The notes under the pieces were generated by a model. The model worked only from the letters and a program-made list of their open reading frames with translations. It searched no databases and was not told the origin of the DNA. Source: an uncultured Spirochaetota bacterium (lineage in GTDB: Bacteria; Spirochaetota; Spirochaetia; SZUA-6; Fen-1364). From it: 64,000 nt of DNA. Of the stretch, positions 10,503 through 19,762 are shown one piece after another. Each line of letters starts with the position of its first letter. Within the stretch, counting starts at the first letter, position 1. The translations under genes were made by a program, and so were the position numbers. The stretch lies in the NCBI GenBank assembly GCA_963820525.1, contig CAWGAA010000001.1:800001-864000 (forward strand). The letters are read 5' to 3'.

Positions 10503-10787
10503 CCATCTAGATTTATATTGATTAGCAAATAGGCGACAAATTCTTAATTCAAGAATATTGGATAAGACGTTTTTCAATAGCTTGCTTTCCCATGATGGCG
10601 TTGGCATTGAGCGGGAAGGATGGCGGTGTTGTACTAGTTTGCCTGCTTGTTTTTAGGTTCAATACACTGCTCGTCACCTTGGCTTATTGTCACCGATTAC
10701 ACTATAGGGCTCGGATCAAGTTCTTTTAATTGATTCGATTGCTCTTTTTCTGCTTTCCTCAACGCCATCATACTGGATGTAGATAAC
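10497..10787 (+). ncRNA. ORF-less cassette C (candidate structured RNA 10592-10771)
   Basis: Close relative of cassette A. Confidence 0.55.
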
Positions 10788-10893
10788 ATGTCGTTGCAGC
10801 TGACCGCCCAAGCTACGCATCGTCACTTAAAACTACGCGCGCTCAGGTATTTCTTTTTTTGATGCGGGGCGGCAGCTGAACTCCTCGTTATCT
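10781..10893 (+). repeat. attC site 8
   Basis: AGATAAC...GTTATCT, GCAGCTG subtype. Confidence 0.9.
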
Positions 10894-10904
10894 CTCCCTA
10901 AGAC

Positions 10905-10933
10905 TTGACTGTTGTGCATATTTTATGCATCAT
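10905..10933 (+). promoter_or_regulatory. Putative sigma70 promoter of vapBC with palindromic operator
   Basis: TTGACT-17-CATCAT, 7 nt before ATG; TGCATATTTTATGCA palindrome. Confidence 0.55.
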
Positions 10934-10940
10934 TGTGCAT

Positions 10941-11141
10941 ATGAGAACTACTCTTAACATCGACCCTACTCTCCTTAGAGAGGCAACAAGACTAACAGGG
11001 ATATCCGAAAAGACTTCCCTTGTCCGTATGGGCCTTCAGGCCCTGATCTCCAAAGAAAGTTCTAAGCGTTTGGCTGAGCTTGGCGGAACTGAAAAGAGTC
11101 TTCGTTCTATCCCAAGAAGACGACCTAAGAAGACAGCATGA
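10941..11141 (+). CDS. vapB: VapB-type antitoxin (ribbon-helix-helix)
   Basis: MRTTLNIDPTLLREATRLTG; overlaps the PIN toxin start. Confidence 0.85.
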   Translation: MRTTLNIDPTLLREATRLTGISEKTSLVRMGLQALISKESSKRLAELGGTEKSLRSIPRRRPKKTA

Positions 11142-11494
11142 TCCTAGTTGATACTTCTGTTTGGATAGATCATTTTCGAAATGACAATGCAGAGCTGCGC
11201 AAGTTATTAAACAACAATGAAGTTATGACTCACCCTTTTATTATTGGTGAACTTGCTTGCGGACTCATACAAAATAGATCAGAAATACTTAACCTTCTGG
11301 CCGAGTTGCCTGCTGTTATAACGGCAGATCATCAGGAAGTGCTAAAGCTCATCGAATCAAAGAAACTCTATGGTTCTGGAATTGGATTGATTGATGCACA
11401 TTTAATTGCATCAGCGCTAATAACCAAAGTTGGAATCTTCACTCTTGATAAACCTTTGGCAAAAGCAACTTCATATCTTGGAATAAACCAATAA
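11138..11494 (+). CDS. vapC: VapC PIN-domain toxin
   Basis: MILVDTSVWIDH, IGELACG, IDAHLIASA, TLDK. Confidence 0.92.
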   Translation: MILVDTSVWIDHFRNDNAELRKLLNNNEVMTHPFIIGELACGLIQNRSEILNLLAELPAVITADHQEVLKLIESKKLYGSGIGLIDAHLIASALITKVGIFTLDKPLAKATSYLGINQ

Positions 11495-11640
11495 ATTTCA
11501 TAGTTATCATAGGATGTTTCATTCAACTGTTGAGAATCTCTATATTCAGTATCCTCATAGAAGGTTATATTGACCCGTTTGGAATAAGTCATGCTTGGAT
11601 ATCAGTTTTCCAGCACATAAAACGAATTAATGAAAGGGAG

Positions 11641-11756
11641 AGATAACATGCTGTTGGAGTTGACCCCTTAGCCTACGTTTTGAAAGTGTAGCATGTGTTG
11701 CTAAACCGCCACTACCCTGCTTCGGGCGGCGGGGCAACTCAACAGCGTTGTTATCT
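11641..11756 (+). repeat. attC site 9
   Basis: AGATAAC..GAGTTGACCCC...GGGGCAACTCAACAGCGTT GTTATCT. Confidence 0.9.
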
Positions 11757-11939
11757 CCCCCAAGGGAGCATTCAAGTGCGATTGTCAAGACCTCGCACAA
11801 TTAGCGATTTCGGCATCTTGCACCTGTCGACAGGCTGACCAGTCTGCAGATTGGCGATTTTAATTTGCCTATGTTCTTACTGACCCAAATCGATTGAAGT
11901 ACGCTTAGGCATTGCACCTTAGCGTTCAGGGAGAATCCG

Positions 11940-12467
11940 ATGAAGTTTGATCTGACCCTAAACTGGCAGTCCGTGTTGACCCTTGCCGCCTTGCTTTCAT
12001 CATGGACAATTCCCCTTTTGCTCGACTTTCTTCGGAGACGAAGGCAGTCGGATATTGTCCGCAAGAGTATCTCTTTATATCTTGATTCACTCGAGATCAA
12101 AGCTAGGCTTTGGCTGCGCTTCTATTTTGACGGGGACGTAAAACTTCCCAAAGGAAGGAGATCGTTTGAATACACAAACAAGCAAAATCACGACGCGTTG
12201 GAGGACCTGTTCCGTTCAAGTGATCTCGGCAACTTGGAGAAGGAGGAGTTGCTGAAATTCGTCCAGTACTTTAAGGCCTCACAGGAAATGAGGTCCCAGG
12301 AAGACTTCAAAAAATACGTTTCCCGGATAGGTGACGAATCGCTTAGGCAAGTGTTTCCGCAGGGCCCCCACTTTCAGAATATACTAAGGACTACCGCCAA
12401 GGCAATGTCTGCTTCTCATAGGTTGGCCGCTCGACAAGCCGGGGCCACAGTTCCTCGTCGCAGGTAG
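11940..12467 (+). CDS. Hypothetical protein with N-terminal membrane anchor (cassette gene)
   Basis: RBS GGGAG; single ORF between attC 9 and 10. Confidence 0.7.
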   Translation: MKFDLTLNWQSVLTLAALLSSWTIPLLLDFLRRRRQSDIVRKSISLYLDSLEIKARLWLRFYFDGDVKLPKGRRSFEYTNKQNHDALEDLFRSSDLGNLEKEELLKFVQYFKASQEMRSQEDFKKYVSRIGDESLRQVFPQGPHFQNILRTTAKAMSASHRLAARQAGATVPRRR

Positions 12468-12524
12468 CGCATTCATAGATGCCGCGATTCTATCGATCAT
12501 CGTGGGTCAATTACGAAATGCGGG

Positions 12525-12640
12525 AGATAACATGCTGTTGGAGTTGACCGCCTAGGCTATGCTTCGTAACCAATAGCTACGCGCATTAAAGCATTTGTAC
12601 TTGGATGATTCGGGGCGGCAACTCAACAGCGTCGTTATGA
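12525..12640 (+). repeat. attC site 10
   Basis: AGATAAC...GTTATGA. Confidence 0.9.
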
Positions 12641-12796
12641 CGCCTCAAGATTTGGCCGATTGAGGCAAACGGACTGGAATGCCTCGGGGAAGAGGGTCAG
12701 GCGTCCATGCCTGACCCTCTTCCCCTCATTGGTATCATTCGAGACCTCTATCTCCGAACTATAATCAAATATACCGAATCGCCTTGTGAGGGCTCC

Positions 12797-12825
12797 TTGA
12801 CTATACATACCAATAATGGTATGTT
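12797..12825 (+). promoter_or_regulatory. Putative sigma70 promoter with operator of the HigBA-like TA
   Basis: TTGACT-17-TATGTT; palindrome ACATACCA-ATAA-TGGTATGT. Confidence 0.65.
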
Positions 12826-12830
12826 TCGAC

Positions 12831-13163
12831 ATGCAATATGAAGTCGTATTGTTGGAGCCTGCAACGGACTTCCTACGCAACCTCGAGGGGAAGCTGCAAG
12901 CAAAAGCGTTCCGATCAATCGAACTTCTAGGGCATTTTGGAACACAATTGATCATGCCGCACTCCAAAAAGCTCAGCGGATACGATCTGTGGGAATTGCG
13001 GGTTCGACATGCAGGCATGATCTGCCGACTATTCTATTTCCACGATCGGGATAGGATCTTTGTTGTGACTTCTGGATATGTTAAGAAGAGTGACAGGACT
13101 AATCCAAAGGAGATAAAGAGGGCACTCCGGCTTAAGATGGAGCACCTTGGAGGGACCACATAA
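12831..13163 (+). CDS. RelE/ParE (HigB/gp49-like) toxin
   Basis: MPHSKKLSGYDLWELRV, RLFYF, GYVKKSDRTNPKEI. Confidence 0.85.
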   Translation: MQYEVVLLEPATDFLRNLEGKLQAKAFRSIELLGHFGTQLIMPHSKKLSGYDLWELRVRHAGMICRLFYFHDRDRIFVVTSGYVKKSDRTNPKEIKRALRLKMEHLGGTT

Positions 13164-13456
13164 TGAAGCAGACTCGATATGAGGATTTGCTCAACCGTCA
13201 ATTGAAGAACCCTCAGTTCCGGAAAGAATATGAAGCGTTAGAGGGTGAGTTCACCCTGGCAAAAGAAATAATCGCACTTCGTATCAAGAATAGACTTACG
13301 CAGAAACAACTCGCACAGCAAATCGGAACCTCCCAGCCCGCCATTGCTCGGATTGAATCTGGTAGCTACCGGAATGTCTCGCTCTCATTTCTTAGGCGGA
13401 TCGCAGATGCACTTGGAGCCGTGCCGGAAATACATCTGAAAAAGAAAGGTGCATGA
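13163..13456 (+). CDS. Xre-HTH antitoxin (HigA-like)
   Basis: LTQKQLAQQIGTSQPAIARIESG. Confidence 0.88.
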   Translation: MKQTRYEDLLNRQLKNPQFRKEYEALEGEFTLAKEIIALRIKNRLTQKQLAQQIGTSQPAIARIESGSYRNVSLSFLRRIADALGAVPEIHLKKKGA

Positions 13457-13642
13457 GCGCTATTACAACCGTGAGCTGAATAGCTTTCCACGCCCTCGCC
13501 ATCCCTGGCTCGGGCGCATGTCCTGATAGATAGCGGAAGCGCTGACAATTTGTAGACGATCCATATTGGAGTCGTCATAACATGCTGTTGGAGTTGACCG
13601 CCTAGGCTATGCGTCGCTTAGCTACAGCTTGTCGGGTAATTG

Positions 13643-14029
13643 TTAGCTCTCCGGAGCCCGCTTACCGTGGATACGCGGGGTTGGCGTCTTTCTCGCGGGG
13701 GACGGTAGCTTTTTAAGAAGGCGATCGGTGACGCGCAACGACATCCTCTCCATTTGAGCGATGATTCTGTCCAGTTCGCGGCCGGTGGCAACCCAGACGG
13801 CGAGAAGGTCGGCCTGTTCGCGCGTCAGGCGGACTGTGACGGTTTTTCCATCCACCTTGCGGGTCCACTGGTAGTAGGGACCGTGAAGGCGGGGCGGAGA
13901 AGCTTGGCAGGCGCAGCCGGGCTTGCCGCAGGCCATGAAGCGTTTCAGCAAGGTGCCACGGCGGAAATAGCCGACTCGGCTGAGGGCGCGCTGGAGCTGC
14001 TGGTAGTTTTGCGGAAGATCGGTTTTCAT
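13643..14029 (-). CDS. DUF6788-like Cys/His protein carried by the IS
   Basis: RGTL..RFMACGKPGCAC....HGPYYQWTRKVDGKTVT. Confidence 0.7.
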   Translation of the reverse strand: MKTDLPQNYQQLQRALSRVGYFRRGTLLKRFMACGKPGCACQASPPRLHGPYYQWTRKVDGKTVTVRLTREQADLLAVWVATGRELDRIIAQMERMSLRVTDRLLKKLPSPARKTPTPRIHGKRAPES

Positions 14030-14236
14030 AGAAATATATCTTGACAGAAAACTGTCTACAGTTATAATACTGTTAGATATGTTGCCCGTCAAGCTTCCCC
14101 GGCGTTGGTTTTTCTCCCGGATCCTCGCTTCGATGTGCGTGTGCGTCTTTCTCGGCCTGGGCATCTTGATCTTCTCCAGCGCCCCCTCCATGGCAGCCGC
14201 CGATAGAGCAATCGTTCCCCAGGAGGTCCCTCGTCC

Positions 14237-15628
14237 ATGCAAACCACTTCTGCCAGTGCCAAGCGCCAACCCGCTCTGATTCCCAGGTCTATGCGCCCGA
14301 CCATCTCCATCGCGGAGGACCACAGGCTGGTCCAAATGACCGACACCCTGGACTGGACAGAAATGGAGGAGCAAGCCCAGCAGATACGATCCGCCAAGCT
14401 CAAGAACGCCGCTGGGCGGCCGCCGCACCTGCGCGCCTTGCTGGGAGCTATGCTGCTGATGGCCACCCGAAAGCTGACATACCGGGAGGCCGAGGACTTG
14501 ATCTGCTACTACGCCCCAGCGCGCTACTTGTGCGGGCTGACCGAAACGGAGTGGACCCCGGACTTCACCACCATCCAGGACTTCACCGAACTGATGGGCG
14601 AGCAGGGGATCAAGCTCATCAATCAATGCGTGGTGCAAATGGCGGTGAAACAAAAGTTGGCAGATCCCAAGACACTGGTGGCCGACACCACAGCGCAGGA
14701 AGCGGCGATCCCCTATCCCAACGAGATGGGGCTCATGGCCGGCTTTCTGACCTCGGTGGCTGCCGCAACCCGAAAAGTTGGCCGAGCGCTGAAGGGATTC
14801 GTGCAGGAGACGGTGAGTCAATTCGAGGCGGCCAAGAAGAAGGGGCGAGAGTACCGCCTGTTCGCCAAGACCAAGGAGAGCAAGGATCGGGTGATGGGGC
14901 AGATGATCGCCATCGTCAAGAAGCTCAACGAGCATCTGAGCAAGGCGCTGGGCGCCCCTGCCGCACAGTGGGAAAAGCTACGCAAGCATGCAATTGTGGC
15001 CAAAAGCAAGCTGGTTCAGTTGCAGGAAACGATGAGCAAACTGATCCCGCAGATCCGCTACTGGATTCGCACGGGCTGCGTGGCCAGCGGCAAGATCATC
15101 AGCCTGCATATCCCGCAGCTCTACAGCATCGTACGCGGCAAAGTGGGCAAATCGGTGGAGTTTGGGCTGAGCTGGGGCATCAGGCGACTGGCGGGGGGGT
15201 ACCTGCTGGCCACGCTGGCCCCGAATCGCCGCGAGTTACAGGACACGAAGTTCGCGGTGCGAGCGGTCAAAGACCACATCGCGCTCTTTGGCAAGGCGCC
15301 GCTGGCTTATGCCTACGACCGTGGTGGATACAGCGCGGAGAATGTCTCCACCTTGAAGAAGTTGGGGGTCAAGGATGTGGGACTGGCCCCCCGTGGACGT
15401 ACGCAGTGGTCGGTAAGCGGGCCGGTGCGCGACCGGCTGGTCAGAGAGAGGGCAATGGTGGAGGCGGGAATCGGCACCATCAAGAGCCCGAGATACGGGT
15501 TCAATCGTCCAGCTGCTCGTTCGGAGGCCATGATGGGAGCGTGTGGGCAGCGCGCTGTGTTGGGATTCAACACCAACAAGCTGATCCGCGAACTTGCCGG
15601 GCGAAAGGGGATGACGCTGAACGGCTAA
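14237..15628 (+). CDS. DDE transposase (IS5-like)
   Basis: RBS AGGAGG; VADTTAQEAAIPYP, GKVGKSVEFG, AYDRGG, RAMVEAGIGTIK. Confidence 0.85.
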   Translation: MQTTSASAKRQPALIPRSMRPTISIAEDHRLVQMTDTLDWTEMEEQAQQIRSAKLKNAAGRPPHLRALLGAMLLMATRKLTYREAEDLICYYAPARYLCGLTETEWTPDFTTIQDFTELMGEQGIKLINQCVVQMAVKQKLADPKTLVADTTAQEAAIPYPNEMGLMAGFLTSVAAATRKVGRALKGFVQETVSQFEAAKKKGREYRLFAKTKESKDRVMGQMIAIVKKLNEHLSKALGAPAAQWEKLRKHAIVAKSKLVQLQETMSKLIPQIRYWIRTGCVASGKIISLHIPQLYSIVRGKVGKSVEFGLSWGIRRLAGGYLLATLAPNRRELQDTKFAVRAVKDHIALFGKAPLAYAYDRGGYSAENVSTLKKLGVKDVGLAPRGRTQWSVSGPVRDRLVRERAMVEAGIGTIKSPRYGFNRPAARSEAMMGACGQRAVLGFNTNKLIRELAGRKGMTLNG

Positions 15629-15933
15629 CGGAATACGGGACGCCTGGTCACGAGACTGACAGTGCACCAGCGGGGTACGCACACAAGACACACAGCGCAC
15701 CGGAAGGCGCGACATAGGTCCGCGGCCCGTCGAACACCGAGCCAACGGGCGCCTGAATTACCCGACAAACTGTAGCTATAGCTACGCTCATTGAAGCCTT
15801 TGTACTTGGATGATTCGGGGCGGCAACTCAACAGCGTCGTTATCTTGCCATAGTAAATACCCAGTTGTGCATTTTTCATGCCATTGCATTTGTTTTAAGA
15901 ATTCATCACAACATTAAGCATGATTACCATATG

Positions 15934-15962
15934 TTGACACTGTGCGCACAATGGGGTATATT
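15934..15962 (+). promoter_or_regulatory. Putative sigma70 promoter with operator of the BrnT-like TA
   Basis: TTGACA-17-TATATT; TGTGCGCACA palindrome in the spacer. Confidence 0.7.
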
Positions 15963-15970
15963 CCTTATTG

Positions 15971-16249
15971 ATGCAGTTCGCCTTTGACAAGGAGAAGAAT
16001 GACCTTCTTTATAAACGGCGTGGGGTAACTTTTCCCATGGTAATTGAGGCGATTGCAGATAAGGGAATTCTATTGAATTTTGATCACCCAAATCAATTGA
16101 AATATCCAAACCAAAAGGTACTTGTTGTTGATTTGGAAGGATATGCATACTGCGTACCTTATATTATTCAAGGAACTACTTGGTTCTTGAAAACGATCTA
16201 TCCAAGCAGACGTTTCAAGTACCTAATCGAAGGAGAAACCAATGGATAG
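15971..16249 (+). CDS. BrnT-like toxin
   Basis: FAFDKEKNDLLYKRRGVTF, FLKTIYPSRR. Confidence 0.8.
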   Translation: MQFAFDKEKNDLLYKRRGVTFPMVIEAIADKGILLNFDHPNQLKYPNQKVLVVDLEGYAYCVPYIIQGTTWFLKTIYPSRRFKYLIEGETNG

Positions 16250-16544
16250 ATATAATCCGAAATACATTGACCGTGAAGAGAAAGATCTCATGCAAGACAT
16301 TGACAAAATAGATCTCCGTAAGGTTAGAAAGCCGACCCAAAAGGTACAAGGACAACTCAGGAGAGCTGCAAAGAGGCACCTAGAAAAAGAATTGAAAATG
16401 AATATTAGAATTGACCCCTATGAATTATCAAAGATTAAAGAAAAGGCAGAAATGGAAGGATTAAAATACCAAAGCCTCGTAAAGAGCGTACTACACAAAT
16501 ACATTACTGGCCAATTGATTGAAAAAGGGAAAAAAGCTGTATAG
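16242..16544 (+). CDS. BrnA/CopG-like antitoxin
   Basis: MNIRID..LSKIKEKAEMEGLKYQSLVKSVLHKY. Confidence 0.8.
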   Translation: MDRYNPKYIDREEKDLMQDIDKIDLRKVRKPTQKVQGQLRRAAKRHLEKELKMNIRIDPYELSKIKEKAEMEGLKYQSLVKSVLHKYITGQLIEKGKKAV

Positions 16545-16586
16545 GAATTATGGCTAAAATCTTATTATTAAAATAGATAAATGGCA

Positions 16587-16700
16587 AGATAACATGCGGT
16601 TGGAGTTGTCCGCCTAGGCTACGTTCATCAACAGTAAGCTAAGTTTGCTAGGGTCCTTCGGTTGCTGATTCGGGGCGGCAACTCAACCGCGTCGTTATCT
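16587..16700 (+). repeat. attC site 12
   Basis: AGATAAC ATGCGGTTGG...CAACCGCGTC GTTATCT (compensatory change in the stem). Confidence 0.9.
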
Positions 16701-16984
16701 CCATCTAGATTTATATTGATTAGCAATGAAGTTAAGAATTATTAATTAAATAATCTTGGATAAGACGCTTTTCAATTTCATGTTTGCCCATGATGGCGTT
16801 GGCCTTTCTCTGGAAGGATGGCGGTGTTGTACTAGGTTGCACGCTTGTTTTTAGTTTCAATGCATGGCACGTCACCTTGGCTTATTATCACCGATTACAT
16901 TCAACGGCTCTAATCAAGCTCTTTCAATTGATTCGCTAGATCTTTTCTGCTTTCCTCAACGCCATCATACTGGATGGAGATAAC
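16695..16984 (+). ncRNA. ORF-less cassette D (candidate structured RNA 16790-16968)
   Basis: Family stems conserved. Confidence 0.55.
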
Positions 16985-17091
16985 ATGTCGTTGCAGCTGA
17001 CCGCCCAAGCTACGCGTCGTCACTTGAAACTATGCGTGCTCAGCTATTTCCTTTTTTTGAGGCGGGGCGGCAGCTGAACTCCTTGTTATAT
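16978..17091 (+). repeat. attC site 13
   Basis: AGATAAC...GTTATAT, GCAGCTG subtype. Confidence 0.9.
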
Positions 17092-17374
17092 CCATCTAGA
17101 TTTATATTGATTAGCGAATAGACAACGAATTATTAATTCAATAATAGAAGATAAGACGCTTTTCAATAGCTTTTTGCCCATGATGGCGTTGACATTGCTC
17201 CGTAAGGATGGCGGTGTTGTACTACATTGCTTGCTTTTCTTTAGTTTCAATACATGGCACGTCACCTCGTCTTGCCAACACCGATTGCATTCAACGGCTC
17301 GGATCAAGCTCCTTCAATTGATTCGATAGACCTTTTCTGCTTTCCTCAACGCCATCATACTGGATGGATATAAC
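17086..17374 (+). ncRNA. ORF-less cassette E (candidate structured RNA 17180-17358)
   Basis: Family stems conserved. Confidence 0.55.
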
Positions 17375-17482
17375 ATGCTGTTGGAGTTGTCCGCCTAGGC
17401 TACGCGTCGTTACTTATAGCTACGTTTCCTAGGGTTCCTTCGGTTGCTGATTCGGGGCGGCAACTCAACAGCGTCGTTATAT
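17368..17482 (+). repeat. attC site 14
   Basis: ATATAAC...GTTATAT. Confidence 0.9.
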
Positions 17483-17769
17483 CCAATCTAGATTTATATT
17501 GATTATCGAATAGGCAACGAATTAGTAATTCAATAAAAAGAGATAATACGTGTTTCAATAGCTTGTTTAACCATGATGGCGTTGGCATTGCTCTGGAAGG
17601 ATGGCGGTGTTGTACTAATGTTGCTTGCTTGCTCTTAGTTTCAATACACTGCACGTCACCGTGGCTTAATGGTCAACGATTTCATTATAGGGCTCGGATC
17701 AAGCTCTTTCTCTTGAAACAACAACTCTTTTCTGTTGTCCTCAACGCCATCATACTGGATGGATATAAC
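17477..17769 (+). ncRNA. ORF-less cassette F (apparent copy of B; candidate RNA 17573-17753)
   Basis: Sequence matches 10102-10394. Confidence 0.55.
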
Positions 17770-17877
17770 ATGCTGTTGGAGTTGTCCGCCTAGGCTACGC
17801 GTCGTTACTTATAGCTACGTTTGCTAGGGTTCCTTCGGTTGCTGATTCGGGGCGGCAACTCAACAGCGTCGTTATCT
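17763..17877 (+). repeat. attC site 15
   Basis: ATATAAC...GTTATCT, matches attC 7. Confidence 0.9.
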
Positions 17878-18155
17878 CCATCTAGATTTATATTGATTAG
17901 CAATGAAGTTAAGAATTATTAATTAAATAATCTTGGATAAGACGCTTTTCAATTTCATGTTTGCCCATGATGGCGTTGGCCTTTCTCTGGAAGGATGGCG
18001 GTGTTGTACTAGGTTGCACGCTTGTTTTTAGTTTCAATGCATGGCACGTCACCTTGGCTTATTATCACCGATTACATTCAACGGCTCGAATCAAGCTCTT
18101 TCAATTGATTCGCTAGATCTTTTCTGCTTTCCTCAACGCCATCATACTGGATGGA
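17872..18155 (+). ncRNA. ORF-less cassette G (near copy of D; candidate RNA 17967-18145), ended by IS30
   Basis: Differs from D at GGCTCGAATC vs GGCTCTAATC. Confidence 0.55.
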
Positions 18156-19241
18156 CCTGAATTCAACCTCGAAGTGCAACGATTCTTATTTTTCATGATA
18201 CACCTCCTGGGGCGTTCTGTAGCCGTGCCGTTTTCTAGGCCTTGAGTTTAGGCTAAAGGCAATCTGCTCGCATAGAGCTTGAGTGACATCCCTCATGCAG
18301 GTTTTCTTTGGAAGATACTGACGGATCAAACCGTTTAGGTTCTCGTTGCTGCCTCGCTCCCAGGAATGATAAGGCGTTGCAAAGTAGCATTTCAGTTCGG
18401 AATGATCCTCCAGGGTCCTGTAGTCATGGAATTCTGTACCGTTGTCCAAGGTGAGTGTCTTGAAGTTGGCTACGTTCTCCCTAATAGCCGGCAGTGCTGC
18501 CTCTGTTACTGAGGCTGCTGTTCTTGAGCTCATTTTCCTTATGATAGCAAATCCCGACTTTCGTTCCACCAGAGTGAGGATGCAGTGATGAAGGTCCCTG
18601 CCCATGACGGTGTCGCCCTCCCAATGACCCAATTCTTTACGAGTTTCAACCTCTGGAGGCCTCGTTGAAATATGGCGTTTTCCTGGGAGAATTCCTCTTG
18701 AATCCCTTGAATTGTAACGTTTTCGCCGCAGTTTCGGCATGATTCGAAGGTTCTTAAATAGCGTTCCTCCATGTTTCTTATCGTTCAGGATGTACTTGTA
18801 GATGGTCTCGTGACTGATTGTGAATGATCCATTCTTCTTCTGGTAAGCAGATATCTGTTCAGGGCTCCATTTCTCTTTCAAAAGAACAGTTACTTGCTGC
18901 ATTTGTTCTGGGCTGAAGCGCGAACCGCGCCTTTCACGTCGCCGTCTTGCAGTTGAATAGCTTTGGGCAAGCTCAGCTCGGTACCTCAAGTCATGGTTAG
19001 TTCGGTTTCGATGAAGTTCCCTGCTGATCGTGCTAGCTGAGCGACCTAGCTCACGTGCAATGTCAGCTTTAGATCTTCGGCTTACTAAAAAAGCTGTTAT
19101 GGTGTATCTTTCTTCTCGAGAGAGTTGGTGATAGTTATTCATGTATGAATCCCCTTTCTTGGCGGAAAATGGAGGCATACAATAATATCTCAGCTCTCTC
19201 ATTTTTAATCCATATCGTTGCGCTTACTATTTGAACCTGCG
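18156..19241 (-). mobile_element. IS30-family IS, copy 2
   Basis: Matches copy 1; inserted at an R'' box. Confidence 0.9.
18186..19142 (-). CDS. IS30-family transposase
   Basis: Same protein as copy 1. Confidence 0.95.
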   Translation of the reverse strand: MNNYHQLSREERYTITAFLVSRRSKADIARELGRSASTISRELHRNRTNHDLRYRAELAQSYSTARRRRERRGSRFSPEQMQQVTVLLKEKWSPEQISAYQKKNGSFTISHETIYKYILNDKKHGGTLFKNLRIMPKLRRKRYNSRDSRGILPGKRHISTRPPEVETRKELGHWEGDTVMGRDLHHCILTLVERKSGFAIIRKMSSRTAASVTEAALPAIRENVANFKTLTLDNGTEFHDYRTLEDHSELKCYFATPYHSWERGSNENLNGLIRQYLPKKTCMRDVTQALCEQIAFSLNSRPRKRHGYRTPQEVYHEK

Positions 19242-19243
19242 GA

Positions 19244-19359
19244 GTCTAACATGCTGTTGGAGTTGACCGCCTAGGCTACGCTTCGCTACATATAGCTACG
19301 CGCGTTGAAGTCTTTGTACTTGGATGATTCGGGGCGGCAACTCAACAGCGTCGTTATAC
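19244..19359 (+). repeat. attC site 16
   Basis: GTCTAAC...GTTATAC. Confidence 0.9.
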
Positions 19360-19457
19360 GGGTCTATTCTTTGGGGCAAGGCTTATTCTGATTAGGGAAC
19401 TTCTGGTTTCATTTGTGATCAAAGCCTGATCTACCTGCTTACATTAAAATGATCCAA

Positions 19458-19487
19458 TTGACAATCTTGAAAACACTCCACTATTAT
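19458..19487 (+). promoter_or_regulatory. Putative sigma70 promoter of the DUF4160/DUF2442 pair
   Basis: TTGACA-18-TATTAT, 5 nt before ATG. Confidence 0.6.
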
Positions 19488-19492
19488 ATGCT

Positions 19493-19753
19493 ATGCCTAC
19501 AATATGTCGTTTTTATGGCATCCTCATCCAGATGTATTTTGATGATCATAGTCCACCCCATTTTCATGTAGTATATAACGAATTCAAAGCCGTCATAGGC
19601 ATCAATGATTTTAGTATATTAGAAGGGGACCTACCGCCGAAAGCTCTTGGCTTAGTTATGGAATGGGCTAGAATACATAAGATTGAATTGCTGAAGGATT
19701 GGGAACTTGCTAAGAAGAAGCAATCCCTATTACCTATTGTTCCTTTAGAATAG
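19493..19753 (+). CDS. DUF4160 family protein (putative TA toxin)
   Basis: MPTICRFYGILIQMYFDDHSPPHFHV, LVMEWARIH. Confidence 0.88.
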   Translation: MPTICRFYGILIQMYFDDHSPPHFHVVYNEFKAVIGINDFSILEGDLPPKALGLVMEWARIHKIELLKDWELAKKKQSLLPIVPLE

Positions 19754-19762
19754 GAGTCTGTC

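Larger units (their letters stand above)
13625..15772 (+). mobile_element. IS5/ISNCY-like IS with divergent accessory ORF
   Basis: IRs CAGCTTGTCGGGTAATT / AATTACCCGACAAACTG; 6 bp TAGCTA duplication. Confidence 0.85.
13575..15845 (+). repeat. attC site 11, interrupted by an IS
   Basis: TCATAAC..GCGTCGCTTAGCTA [IS] TAGCTA..GTTATCT. Confidence 0.88.

Noticed and set aside
13643..14935. 430 aa minus-strand ORF
   Set aside because: Most of it is antisense to the transposase; only 13643-14029 looks like a real gene
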